A stretch of 62,911 bases of DNA, counting the filler, from Syncephalis fuscata S228 (taxonomy: Eukaryota; Fungi; Zoopagomycota): the NCBI GenBank assembly GCA_025786725.1. It is 4 parts of 4 records of this genome, joined end to end, with 100 filler letters (N's around TTAATTAATTAA, not from the genome) between each part and the next. Parts side by side here need not be neighbours in the genome. Positions count along the whole stretch, not along the records: positions 11,517 to 32,733 come from JAHLTZ010000154.1; positions 32,834 to 48,360 come from JAHLTZ010000214.1; 2 more parts are not named here. One strand, 5' to 3'. Shown here one piece after another: positions 23,184 through 36,113 of this stretch. Each line of letters starts with the position of its first letter. Within the stretch, counting starts at the first letter, position 1. The position numbers and the translations under genes are program-made. A model generated the notes under the pieces. It was not told the origin of the DNA and searched no databases. It saw nothing but the letters and a program-made list of their open reading frames with translations.

Positions 23184-25804
23184 CTACGCGACTACTTGGA
23201 ATGTACTAGAAGTTCCGTTGTGTGAAATGATATTTTGAACAATTGTGCGGTGGTGTCCAAAGTGTTGAATCCGATAGGTGCCCGCTATAACAAATAGATC
23301 AGCATTAATATACTTTCATATATTTAGTTAGTTAGTTAGTTATACTTACGTTGAGTATCGGCCTCGATATCCCATTCAATAACTGCTTTATTTTCTCCCA
23401 AACCGTTCACCTTGACCCAGTTGTAACGAGTGCTCCAATGGCCATCGTCACGAACACGTTTCCAGGCCTTGGTGGCTGGATCTTGTCGCTCAACGGAAAT
23501 GTATGATTCTTCCAAGAGCAGATTGTTGCGTGGATGGCCAGTCCAGAAGGTAACGCTCACAGTGTTGCCACGATTGTACGACGGCTTTACATCGACGTTA
23601 ACATCACCAAAAGACTTCCCAATGGGGTGTGAATCAAGCACTACACCGGTTTGCAAAGTGATAAACTTGCTGGAAAAGTCCTGCGGGGCAGAAGCAGAGA
23701 TGATACGAGTATTGCCGGCCATGGCCTGTACCAGTTTGACAGCATTTTGGATGTAGGCTGGCAGCGAACCTGGTCCAAAAATAGTTGAAGCGGCTTCATA
23801 GCGCTGTGCAACATATTCTTCGGGTGTGGTGGTATAGCTAGCATAGGTGTTTGATGGGCCGGACACGATAACCGTGGCATCTTCACCGACCAGACCTTGA
23901 GCAATGGCAGCTTGTTTAATTGCTTCACGCATACGACGGCCAGACATGGTGGTGAATTCGGCTGGCACGCCTACAATGAATACTTGACCAATACGAAATA
24001 CTTGTAGCTCGACAATGGTAGGTTGCCACTCATAAGGGAAGTGTGTTTCGCCAGTGTTTAATAGAATTGGTTTTGGATATTGACAGGCTACTTGTGCCTT
24101 GGATGGGCTCTTTGTAATAATAGAACCGGCAAGGTTCCAAAGTGGATTTGATGTGTTTTGACCTTGATAGAAATCAAATTGGCCGGGACCTGTAAACGAC
24201 AAGAATAATAGTTACATGATTAGATGGTGTCGACAAAAACATATAAGAAATGTAAATTACCATCTGTAGTACCGGCAGCCATCGCATAGCCCATAGCGGG
24301 TGGACAAGTGTGGCCAGCTGTGCCGTTTGCATAGGTAAATGCCATATTGGACATATCGATGTACATATGCTGGAAATCAACAGCGCCTGATAATACCTTT
24401 TGAGGTTTACCTTCATACAGTTCACGTGCCTTGCTGAACTGGCGATCGCCAATAATAGCGTTGCTGGCAAAATCGCCTTGTTTCCATCCAGGACCACTAT
24501 TAGTTGTCTCTTTATTAGTAATGATAAATAAATGGTAAATACACCTACCGAGCCACGCATAATTCGTTCTTTCCATTGCATGTGCTACGCTGATAGTCAC
24601 AAGGAAGGCCAGTGTCCATACACTTTGCTCCTTCAGTGTTGGGGGAAACATCGCCCATGTTTGTTTGACTGAATGCAGCCACAAAGCCAGTTGGCAAGCC
24701 TGTTGCGCTTTCTGGTGGATTCATTGCTTGTTCAAATTTAATAGCGGCATAACTATACGATAAATGCACGTTAGATGCAATAATTCCATATGATTTAGCT
24801 TATTTTTGTCTTATTTACCCTTTGTTATCACCGGTAACTAGGGTGTTTGTGTTGTTCATGCTTGTGCCATGTGTGGCAAACCAGTTAACTTGGCCAATGC
24901 CTTTGCCCGATGCATCGTTGAATCGCAGCAATGTCATATCTTTATCGGTATTGTACTGGTAGCGAGCTCGTTCCTCGGCCGGATTGCGTTCGTAAGAAGA
25001 AGGCGACCGATTAATACTGGCATCAAGCAGCTCACCGACGTGGACTGAAACGCTTCCTGGCTGTAAACCTTTATGAGCACGTTCAATTGACAGTACAATG
25101 CCGGAAACAAGAGCCTCAGCGGACTGGTTGACCCAACCGAGTGCGGTTAAGTCGTAAAGGAGATAGCCGAGCCAACCTGCCGGTCCAGAGTGACTGTGTG
25201 TACCGGTAATCATCACGTTCTTTTGTGTGTAAAGGTCGGCACCAAACTTTTCTTCAAGACGCTTGATGACTCGCTGGCGTACAAACTGCGACATCATAGC
25301 CGTGTCGGTCGTAATATGTACAACACGTTTATTAGAGGCCGTATCATGTACAATAAATGCACGCGAATAGATACGCTGACGAAGCCCAGTGCCTTTCTGT
25401 TTAATGTTGGCATAGCCCATGAAGTTGACCTCGGCTGATTGGCACGGCAGAGGCGTAAAAAAATAAGTTTGACGGTAAGTCATGCACGCATATTAGTGAA
25501 TGCACACTATTTCATATGTTGTATAACCTACCAATAGGCCTATCGTGTCGAATGAGATGCGTGCGCAAGGTAAAAAAGCCATCAGTATCCGGTTGTTATT
25601 CCGCTCTATATTCTGATACTTACCCCGTAATATCAGCAATACCCGCACCAACCTGAGTAAATTAAATTGATTAGTTTTGATTAATTAAATAAAACACACA
25701 GCAGTATAACCTACATTGTAGCTTGCATTGACGGCCACGGCAGCAGACACAAGCGTTAATGCTAAGCAAGCCAAGCTTGCGTGTGAGAAAGAGCCAAATA
25801 TCAT
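23184..25804 (-). CDS. Neutral/alkaline (non-lysosomal) ceramidase, secreted, multi-exon
   Basis: VGAGIADITG-PIA-EVNFMGYA, GTHSHSGP, WFATHGTSMNNTNTLVTGDNKG, GDVSPN, CPPAMGYAMAAGTTDG, VPAEFTTMSGRR, QRYEAASTIFG. Includes an 8-nt micro-exon at 25532-25539. Confidence 0.95.
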
Positions 25805-26567
25805 GGCTAAATAACTTGGCGATAAATAGTAAAGCTTTAAAGTTCGGTTGCTCAAAAGTTGTTGTTTGGGCGTTAAGAACTGGCTATAGTTGTGATAATA
25901 TTCGTAGCGTAGTAACTATTGTGATGGAGCTACGGTAAACGTAAATATAAAAGAAAAACAGAGCGTAAATAGAGGATAGCAAGAAAACGTAGAATAGTAC
26001 AAAGCATGGCAAGATGATGTGTGTGCAAACCAGACTGTTTTATAGTAAATGTGGAGTAGGGATACACAGAACGTGGTCCTACACTGTACTGGTTTGAACA
26101 AGCCAAGTGAGTAAAAAAGAATTGGCCTGTATTTTGATATGGCCTGTTTTTTAAAAAATTAGATTAATGAGCAAAATAAACTGGAAAAAAAGAGATTTGT
26201 TTATTTATTTATATATATATGTGGTACTAAACTGATAGATACTAAAACGAATAAATGGAATATAAAATAGTTTTATTGGCTATGCATACGTATATCATAT
26301 ATGAGTGTGTGTTACTATGACTAGTTAAATTATTAAACAACTCATGCAATTTCACTACACTCTTAATATGTGTTACCTTTGTTTGCTAGTTTTTGGATAA
26401 ACTGTCAATATTATACAAGTAGATGCCATTGAATGGACAGTGTTGTATTCAGCGCGAGTTGTTTTTACACTATTACAGCTACAGCAACAACACCAACACC
26501 AACTATCGCTACTACTAACAACATCACATTTTCATCTGTCACTCTATACGAGATTATTGCACAAACG

Positions 26568-26956
26568 ATGGCCGATAGTAACCCACGCAGGATTCCAGTA
26601 CCTGAACCAGCCAACGATGATTTGCATCCTCGTATGAGTGCCTCACGAGAGGACATGAAGAAAAATCGAGTTCCCCTGGAGTGGCGCGATTATTGTGCCC
26701 ATAAACTGATTCCGCTTAACAATTGTCGCTACGAAACGTGTTTTATGCCATGGAAGTGCGAGGAAGAGCGACATGCATATGAAAAGTGCCAATACGATGA
26801 GTAAGTAGATTTGTTACATTCAGTACTTGTCGCTTCAATACAAGAGCTAATAGATGTATATGTATCTATGTATTATAATTGTTATTTATTAGTTATAAGC
26901 GACGCATGAGACTAGCAACAAAGATACGCGAGGAACAGAAACACGAAACAGCGTAA
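26568..26956 (+). CDS. NDUFB7: NADH:ubiquinone oxidoreductase B18 subunit (twin CX9C)
   Basis: MSASREDMKKNRVPLEWRDYCAHKLIPLNNCRYETCFMPWKCEEERHAYEKCQYD|YKRRM. Confidence 0.93.
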
Positions 26957-27269
26957 TAATGCTGGTCAGATAATCGTGATTGCATATAAATATACCAAGT
27001 AATTGGTAATAGCAATGATGATAATGATAGTGATTATTGATTATTAAACAAATGTTATTTGGTTCTTGTTAGAATTAGATTATTAGTATTATGTCTGTTA
27101 GTAGTAGTATTATGTTTATTAATATGTAATTAATATTGAATTAATATTGAATTAATATTGAATTCATATTGAAAGAGTCGACAATAAATGATATCGACCA
27201 TTTGTTATTATTGTCATTATTATTATTTAATCCAATAGTCTTTTCACCTTTTACATTAGTTACTTACTA

Positions 27270-29607
27270 ATGGCGTCTTTGTCGTCACTCAATATTAGTA
27301 TTGGCATACTTGGTCATGTAGACAGTGGCAAGACTACACTGGGTAGGACGTTATAGTAATAGCCAGTACGACTGTTGAAGTTAACGTGTAATAACAAGAA
27401 TAGCCAAACAGTTAAGTAGTATTGCTTCAACGGCGGCATTCGACAAGAACCCACAAAGCCAAGCCCGAGGAATTACACTCGACTTGGGCTTCTCTGGCTA
27501 TTATACACCAGCACCTAGTCATTGGAGAGGTGAATAGTTAATGAATATGGCTATTATGTTGAAAGGCTATTTAACAACGACCATAGAACGTGGTATCGAT
27601 GTGGACCAAATACTTGTAACCTTAGTTGACTGTCCAGGTCATGCATCACTTGTACGCACAGTCATTGGCGGTAACTATTAATATATAAACATAAACATAA
27701 TAGCCATAATGAATAAGTGTATCTTAGGGATACAAATTATTGATGTAACACTTTTAGTTATAGATATTACTAAAGGAATTCAAACACAAACCGCTGAAGT
27801 AAGTAAAAAAATATTCTTATTTGTATTTAATATATAATAATAATACAATTATTAGTGTTTAGTGTTAGCACAGATTATTAAACGGCCTATGGTAATTGCA
27901 TTAAACAAAATTGATTTATTACCTGAAAGTATTCGATCTGCGAAAATAACCAAAGTAATGAATAATTTACTTAATAAAATAAATATTAATTAATTTTATA
28001 ATATAGATATCACAAGCTATAACAAAGGCTATTCTTCCATTGGGATTTCGTAATATTCCAATTATTCCAATATCAGCTCAAACTACCTCTAATACTAGTG
28101 CTACTGCTACTGCTAATAGTGACGGTAATATAGCTACAAGTGGTATTGATGAACTTGTACACGTACTGTGCTCAGTATTTCCAATACCAGCACCAATTGA
28201 TCCACACCGTCCATTTCTATTTGCCGTTGATCATTGTTTTGCACTAAAGGGAAAAGGGACTATTATGACGGGTACAGTATTGGATGGTACAGTAACTATT
28301 GGTGATGTGAGTATTTAACCGGAATAGCTAGTTAGACTGTAATATAATAAATGTAATAGAATGTGGAAATTGCCTTGGGTCACGAGAGAAAGGTCAAAAG
28401 TATGCAACAATTTAGACAGCCCATTTCTACAGCCCATAAAGTAATTACTCTATTAATTAGTAAATCGATAGATAGGTGATCATAGACTAATATGTAGTAT
28501 AGGGCAACCGTATTGGTATTTGTGTTAAGCAACTTGATCCTGATATATTAGAGCGAGGATTAGTTGCCACACCTGGTACAGTGCAACTTGCCTATGCAGC
28601 CATCATCGATGCTCATAGAATTCAGTTCTATAAAGGATTCTGTCTATCTCGTAGTAAATTTCATGGTAAATAAAAGTATATATATATATGGAAATCTAAT
28701 AGCTGTAATAGTTACTGTAGGATATGAAACTGCCACTGCCACTGTTACGTTCTTCTCTAGTAAAAGTCATAATGGTAATTAGAATGTAGTAATTGAGCAT
28801 TTTTATAATCTAACTGTTTATTAGGTGAATTTCAATTAAATGAGCTCTATTTATTTGAATCATCGCTTGAACCATCCGATAATGAAGAACAAGTAACAAC
28901 AAGCAATTACTGGGCCTTACTAGAGTTTGATAAGCCAATTCAGTGTGTATCCAATGCACTGACTATTGTATCTCGACTTGATACAGATATTCGTATCCTT
29001 TAACCAGTACTAGTACAAATACCATCAATAATAACATTCTTAATAATGTAGATACTAAACAATGCCGTATGGTATTACACGGTTATTTGCAGTTAATTAT
29101 CAAAGATGCACAATATAAAACAACTGTTTTACCTCAACTACGTATTTATAAAGAACGTACACGCACAGCAATCATTGATCGGGTAATTATTTAGCAATAT
29201 GTATAACTGGCACTATATTCACTGTTACTACTATCAGATTATTGATGATTATACATTAATTGGACGGGGTCTTGTGAAGAAAGAAGGTAGTTTAGATAAA
29301 TTTATTGGATTAATCGTAAAACTGGGTCGATTAGGTAAATAGCCATCAACTAACTTTTATTACTAATAATTGATACTATTTGTTTATAGATAATGAAGTG
29401 ATGGGTAAAATTGAATCCACTTTTGGTACAAGTGGCAAGTTCAGAATTACTACTACAGATAAAATACCTGTTACATTACGTCAATCATTATCACGTCGAT
29501 CTCCGGCAACTACTGTAGTTAATGGTGCATCTCGTGCTGAAGAACAATCAATTCGATTACAATTCAAGAAACTACTATATGATCCTCAAAAACATATTAT
29601 TCAATAG
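27270..29607 (+). CDS. EEFSEC: Eukaryotic selenocysteine-specific elongation factor (multi-exon)
   Basis: Spliced translation: NISIGILGHVDSGKTTLAKQLSSIASTAAFDKNPQSQARGITLDLGFS; LVDCPGHASLVRTVIGG; TKGIQTQTAECL; FAVDHCFALKGKGTIMTGT; VKSMQQF; SRLDTDIHTKQCR; GKIESTFGTSGKF (domain IV). These match eEFSec signatures rather than EF1A or eIF2gamma. Confidence 0.93.
28993..29051 (+). other. Putative U12-type (minor spliceosome) GT-AG intron in eEFSec
   Basis: 5' site GTATCCTTT; branch-like TTCTTAAT just upstream of the terminal TAG; removal gives in-frame DTDIHTKQCR. Confidence 0.75.
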
Positions 29608-29673
29608 TAAAACACTGATTGATCGATTGATTAATTGATTGATTGATATATAGCCATATATTAAGATATTTAT

Positions 29674-31820
29674 TTATGCTTGTCCGTAGTGTCGCATACG
29701 ATATAGTAGAGTACGTCCTTTATCATTACCAATGGCCAAATAGCCTGTATGAGGTGAGAAATCCACCGATTGTACATGGCTTAATGGTGTACCAGGTGTG
29801 GGCCAATTACTAAATACTGATAATGAAGAAGTGTGTATCTATACCATATAAATGCATTAGTACAAATAATTAATTAATCCATGAGTCTATTTACAACCTA
29901 CCATACGTAGTTGGTCCTTTTTACTTTTACTAAACATACACAGTAATTGTGCATCTGATGAGAATTCAAGACCATGTACCGGTGTCGTTAGATTGCCCAT
30001 TGTTTTTAAAGGTTTTGGCTGTAGTTGATCAAGACAGGATTGATCATAAATATTGACCATACCAGAATGTGATCTGTTAATAGCATTGATTAGTTACCAG
30101 TTAACTCATTAATTGATTAATATTTACCCAATGGCCAAGTAGCGATCATGAGATGATACGGCTAAACAGGTGGGTGCATAGCCACCGTCATCGTGAAAGC
30201 GATGTACACAGCCAAGTGTTTCAATATCCCATCGATAGACTTCAGACTCGGTACTTAACACGTAAAGATGGTGTCCATCCATGGACCACGCCATATCAAC
30301 GACGGCCTTATTAACACGGATATCGCCGATCCACCGTCTAGTCTCCAGCGATACAATATCAATAATACCACCCTTGGCCATAAAAGCAATCCAACTATAA
30401 AATACATTAGTTATATTCATTAGTGCTAACTGTTACCAATTACCGGTCATCAGGCGAAATGCTAAAGTGATCAGCCAGCAGTGGAACTGCAGACGTACGA
30501 GGCCTCAATTGTGGTACACGAGATATTTGACCGCTTTCTACATCATAGATATAAAAGTAGGTTCGTCGACCTGTAACAACAATATAACGACCCGTATGAT
30601 CAAATTTGGCACAACTAATACGTAAATCTTTAAATAGAACCGATTGAATTTTTTCATTACGTTTTCCATCTATCTATAAATTGATATTAATTATTATTAT
30701 TATTAATGATTGTCTGTATTTACCTGGTATAAACGTAATGTTTTATCAGAACCGGCAATAAGCATAACTTGCCCATTAGGATGAAATCAACTGCTACCAT
30801 TGATACCTACTCATTATAGTACAATTAACATTGCTATTAACATCATTAATAGTCATTAGCATACGTACTTTGTTATTAGATGGTTGGCTAACATCTTTAA
30901 CACGTTCAACATCCAATCGACCAGATGGCAAATGAACTCGTGTTTTACTTAATAGACTTGCTGATTGAGCAAGTAGACTTGAAAGGCCTTGTTGTTCATC
31001 ATCACTATCTACAATAGTGTTACCATCTTCATCTTATTTGATATACCGGCCTGTTCACTTGTTCGTTCTGATGCCGTCAATGCCCATGTTGGTTTAGGAT
31101 TCAACTGTTGGAATCTAAATATTATTAGTAGCGTTAATATTAATACTAATGTTATATTGATATAGAGTCGAGTAAATTGCATTACCGTTGACGTAAACGA
31201 CGTTGATATTCATCACCCTTCACTTCTGTTTCTGTTCAGTAACACGTAATTTACGAAGACGATTACGGTTGATTAAAGATACGGTCATTTTCTCGTCGTC
31301 TTCATCTTCCCAAGCGCTTTTACACCTGTCTCATTTAAAGCAATATCTATTATATTATATTATATTATATTAATATATATCTATATAATAGCATTATTAG
31401 TTATAATTACCTGCATATCAATTGATTCAGTTTCTGATACTTCATCATCAATAGATTCTAATGTAGATTCTTTAATAGCTGATGGGTCTACATCGACCAT
31501 AAAATCCTATATGCCATAAATGCTCGTTTAATCTATGGCTTATACTATTCAATATTGATATTACTAACCATATGAGCATCATTATCGCCAGTATCTATTG
31601 AAAAGGCAAATGCATCCTGTTCTTCAGTTGGGGAGCCGAGATCTGCCTCCACTGTAAAGTCGTCAGTATTATGTACTGATTCATGTCCCATATAATTCAA
31701 CACATCATAGTCGTCCAGGTCAGCTCCAAATACTAAAGCTTCCAAATCAACTTCTTTTTGGCTCTTCTTCACCCGTTTAGGCTGCTGGTCCTGGCCCACC
31801 TGAACACGCTTAGGCGGCAT
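29674..31820 (-). CDS. UTP18: U3 snoRNA-associated WD40 protein Utp18 (multi-exon)
   Basis: N-terminus EVDLEALVFG; AWEDEDDEKMTVSL..RNRLRKLR; DGKRNEKIQSVLFKD; C-terminus VFSNWPTPGTPL...GYLAIGNDKGRTLLYRMRHY. Confidence 0.9.
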
Positions 31821-32066
31821 AGTAATAGGAGTAGCGTAGTAGTGTGTGGTGTGGTGTGTGGTGCGTTAAGTGCGGCAAGAAGTGTGCAAAGAATACTTCT
31901 ATATTTTTAAAGAAAATACTAAAAAAGAAAGAAAAATAATTCATATTTGCTTTATGTTTAAAAGCAGATATTATTAGACATTAGCGTGTCTTTTTATTAT
32001 TACGAGGTACACAAGTGGTGTTGTTGAGTATTAAGTAGTTGATTCTGAATCTATTGTTTGTTGAAT

Positions 32067-32733
32067 ATGAATTTTACTAGTCGAACACGGACAGTAGTGC
32101 ATACTGCAACGAGCGGACTATTCGCTGTAAGTAGTAACAGTGGTGGTGACATGCCTATATGCATATAATAGGCTCACTATTAATATGTATATATTATAGA
32201 GAGTGGCCACACCAACCCTTCGATCTTATGCAACGGCTACTAAAAAGAAGGCAAAAACGCTAAAGCAAATAAAAGCTGAAGCTGATGCAGTACAAGTACC
32301 AAAAGCAGCTCAGATCCTACGAGTAAGTACAACAATGCTTTGACTGATCTATAAAGCAATCTATATAAATTAGGATACAATTAACGATATATTGTAGGCA
32401 TTAGGTACTGGTTATCCTGAGCATCAAGTGGAACTGCATATAAAATGCGCTACTGATAAACATAACCCAATGGTACGCGGTAATGTTGTATTGCCAAAGG
32501 GAATTAAGCAAGAAGCGACGATTTTAGTATTTGCTGAGGTAATATAAATATAAATATAAAATATATACTTGGAATATATTGATGAAATAATCAATGTTAT
32601 TAGGGAAAAGCAGCTGAAGATGCTAGAAATGCTGGTGCAGCCATTGTAAGGTGGTGTAGAACTTATTACAAGAGTAAGTATTGTATTATATGTATTATAT
32701 GTATTACATGTACTATTTATAACACTATTAATA
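32067..32733 (+). CDS. Mitochondrial ribosomal protein uL1m, 5' part (truncated by gap)
   Basis: VRGNVVLPKGIKQEATILVFAE|GKAAEDARNAGAAIV..GG.ELI (L1 motif) behind a targeting-like N-terminus. Confidence 0.8.
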
Positions 32734-32833
32734 NNNNNNNNNNNNNNNNNNNNNNNNNNNNNNNNNNNNNNNNNNNNTTAATTAATTAANNNNNNNNNNN
32801 NNNNNNNNNNNNNNNNNNNNNNNNNNNNNNNNN
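32734..32833. other. Artificial contig linker
   Basis: N44-TTAATTAATTAA-N44. Confidence 0.95.
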
Positions 32834-32996
32834 GCAAGTCCAGCTTGAACTCCAAACCAATTTCAAGAGAAAATTGGTCTTCGTTTTGACCAAACGACGG
32901 GCTGCGATTGCGAACTAAAGGCGTATTAGGCAAGGTAAGGTTCTTCATATTGCGCTTTCGGCGAATAGAGCCGCCGCCCATCATAAGAGTAGCCAT
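32834..32996 (-). CDS. Ste7/Fuz7-type MAP kinase kinase, N-terminal fragment (truncated by gap)
   Basis: MAPK docking motif RRKRNMKNLTL followed by LEIGLEFKLDL, as seen before the kinase domain of fungal Ste7-like MEKs. The kinase domain itself is not in the window. Confidence 0.75.
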
Positions 32997-33105
32997 GATG
33001 CGAATGAAACTTAAGACAAAGAAAGAGCAAGATGAAGGCCAAAGTAATAAAATAAGTGGGGCTATCCACGTAAGTTTTTTACTTCAAAAATTACTTGATA
33101 ACGGC

Positions 33106-33148
<43 letters not shown>
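33106..33148. repeat. (AGT)n microsatellite
   Basis: About 14 AGT units. Confidence 0.9.
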
Positions 33149-33149
<1 letters not shown>

Positions 33150-33994
33150 AGGAGAAGAAGACTAAGGACGAAGAAGAGGCGGAAGGAGAGTATTAGGAAG
33201 AGTGTGACAGTGGTAAAAAACGACCAAGTTTAAAAGAAAAGTCAGAAACGATGATATTGCCAGCATTGGTGGGAATGAGCGTCAAGTCCTTCTGGCCCTG
33301 AAACAACCAATGTTGTGACGATAATGTAATAGCTGAGCTATTACAACGAACTTGGAAGTTTCGGCCTTTAATAATAGCGTTAATAATAATAACGATAATA
33401 CCTGTAGTATTATTAATAACTATAACAAGAATAAAGTAAACAATAGCAACAACAATAAAAATAACAACAATAGAACTAGTATTGATAATAACAAGTAACA
33501 GTTATATTAGTGCAAATGCTATAATTAATACAAATTACAGGCGCACCACACACACAAAGAGAAAGATGTGCACGCGTAAAGACCACATGTTCGCACATTT
33601 TAGTAATGTCTTCTATGATGGATATGGACATGCACACGATTCTAAAAGTAGAGAGGATCAAAATGGTAGAGCCTTAGTTAACTAGTTCTATTGCTGTGAA
33701 AAGGTTCGATGAACTGAGCCAAGGAAGCGTTGATAATAGCAACGCTTGATAGACTGGTTTGAATAAGCAAGGTGCTAGCAACAAATGGCTGTTTTTTAAC
33801 ATTGCTGCCATTTAGTATAAGGCTGCCAAGGCGACTTGTAGTTTATTCGTGCCAAAAGTGGAATGAGTATTGCATGGACATACCGTGCAGGTGCATATGA
33901 ATGAGTGAACAATAAGACTATGATAGTTATGGATATACATTGTTTGAATATTAAACAATAAGTTTAGTTAACGTATCTTTATATATACCAGTAA

Positions 33995-34645
33995 TTGAAT
34001 TGTGCTTTGACTTTTACATTTGAGTTATTAAAATAAAATTCACTTTAATAAAAGTCATGCGGCTATGCACAACATAGTTATATTAGTTTCTATTAAAATA
34101 TTGTTAATAAATTGGTTTAAATAAACAATGTAACATACTATTTGATTTTATTGAAACATTTGAGGTTGATTATTGTTGTTGGCTATGTGTAGAAAGATTG
34201 ATTAAATATTAATAGAAGCCATATAATTGCAACTCCATGTCATCCGCATTTGCTGTTATTGCATCTATATACAACATGGATTTTTATGTCTAAATGGTCT
34301 CTTCTATTTTTTAATATTCTAGTATTGCATTTTGGGCATATTGTGCTGTAAGATCAATATTAATATAGTTATTATAAGTATTGTTTATTAAACAGCCACT
34401 TTCTTTATAGTCAATCTGACTAAATAAATGGCATTTTGAACAATTAATATTATAATTATAATATATATATATTAAAACAATAATAAAGATAACTAATTAA
34501 TTACATTATTGTATTGATAAGCACACATAATTCAATTAATGTTAAATGCAATATTATACATGTTATAGTAATGAATAAGTATTTAATTATGTCTAAAGTG
34601 TTGAGGTGTGAAATGGATAAATAAAAGATGTGGAAGTAAATAGCC
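33995..34645 (-). mobile_element. Degenerate Fanzor-element copy
   Basis: The reverse complement aligns by eye with 10120-10790, including the ATATGCCCAAAATGC (CPKC) segment and the terminal hairpin region. Confidence 0.75.
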
Positions 34646-34811
34646 CCATACCAGTAATTGACACTGGCATAATCCGTATCGTTGGTATGTAAAATCATTT
34701 CTTTATTTTGACCATGTGCATGAATGTTGATACATGGCAACAAAGCTGTGAATCACAATAAAATGTAAGTTTTAACCTGCCAAAGCATTAACTCCGCTTA
34801 TCATTTATCAA

Positions 34812-35894
34812 TTAACCAAAATGAGTCTCGCTATTCTTTGTGACAATAGGAATAAGGCTGCCACTAACGACGGATTCTTGATTGGCTGCCCAAGCGAACA
34901 GTTTTCTATAACAAATAGGTAGTTAGCTATGGTATTTTCACTGTTTTACTATATTTACTGGTTGATGGCACTTAAGGGTGTCCATGTTGTGAAATCGGCA
35001 TTGGGCATGGCAGCACGATTGGCCGGTGTATCTAGAGTCACACTAATAATACATAAATGATAATTAAATAACACGTTTTTTAATACTGATGGTGACTTAC
35101 GGTAGTATGGCTACGACACGGGTACCAGAGGGTAAACCGCTGCTAGCATCCGCAAAACTGGCTGTCAATTGGTGAACAGCTGCCTTAGCCGCGCCATAGC
35201 CCACCATAACTATACACCATTGTAAATAATAAGCAATTGCTAGACATATATTAATCTAATGATGTACTTACAGCCGGTTCCTTCCTTGGCAGCTAATGCT
35301 CCAGTCAATACCAATAGGCCATCTCTATTTAATATTCATTAATAGTTTGTCTAGAGCAGAAAGAAGTGTAATGAGAAAGAGAGAGAATAGGCCAACTTAC
35401 GGTTTCAAAAATTGGCTTGCAATGTAGCCCGCAATCAAAGAAGAGTTGACACTTTGTTTCCACATCAATTCGGCATTGGTTAGTGATTCTATACGACGAA
35501 GAACAGGACCATTAGTATAGAAGGGCCAACTATGTACTTTGCCATAGGCGAGCTAATAAGTACTACCTACCCAATGTTGCGATATTGCCACCTGCCCATC
35601 CACCTGCCACACAGAGTAGTGCATCAAGGCGTGTATCGGCCAATACTGCCGCGAGCTTGCCGTTAATTGCTCTCCTTGTTGAGAGACCGATGCATCAAGT
35701 TCAGCTAGGACATTGATTTTTGCCTCGGCACTATTGCGTACATCTACCGATACCGTTGTCTAGTCATAGAATGCTATATAAGCAAAGCTTTATAATAAAC
35801 GATTGTTACTTACCCAACCTTGTTCGTTAAAGTGCTTAATAATAGACGCACCAAGAGCGCCGGCACCACCATAGACTAGTACAGTTGAAGGCAT
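34812..35894 (-). CDS. QDPR: Dihydropteridine reductase (quinoid), multi-exon
   Basis: VLVYGGAGALG, DALLCVAGGWAGG, LMWKQSVNSS, GLLVLTGALAA, YGAAKAAVHQL, TLDTPANRAAMPNADFTTWTP. Confidence 0.93.
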
Positions 35895-36113
35895 TGTGCA
35901 AGAACAATAGTAATAGCTTAAATGTAGCAGTAATAGCAACAGTAAAGAAAGAACGTGGGAAGCAAGCAATCAGACAGGTACACTACTCGTTACGTCACCT
36001 AAGCTTGTTACTAGATTGATAGTTCAAATTCAATAGTTTTTTAATCAAGAAGCTACCATACTTGACTCTCTAGCTTCAAACTGGGACAAAAAATCCATAA
36101 CTTGAACAATAAA

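Noticed and set aside
29600-29680. SECIS element or in-frame UGA selenoprotein near eEFSec
   Set aside because: No AUGA...GA SECIS core or UGA-containing redox ORF could be identified by eye in this window.
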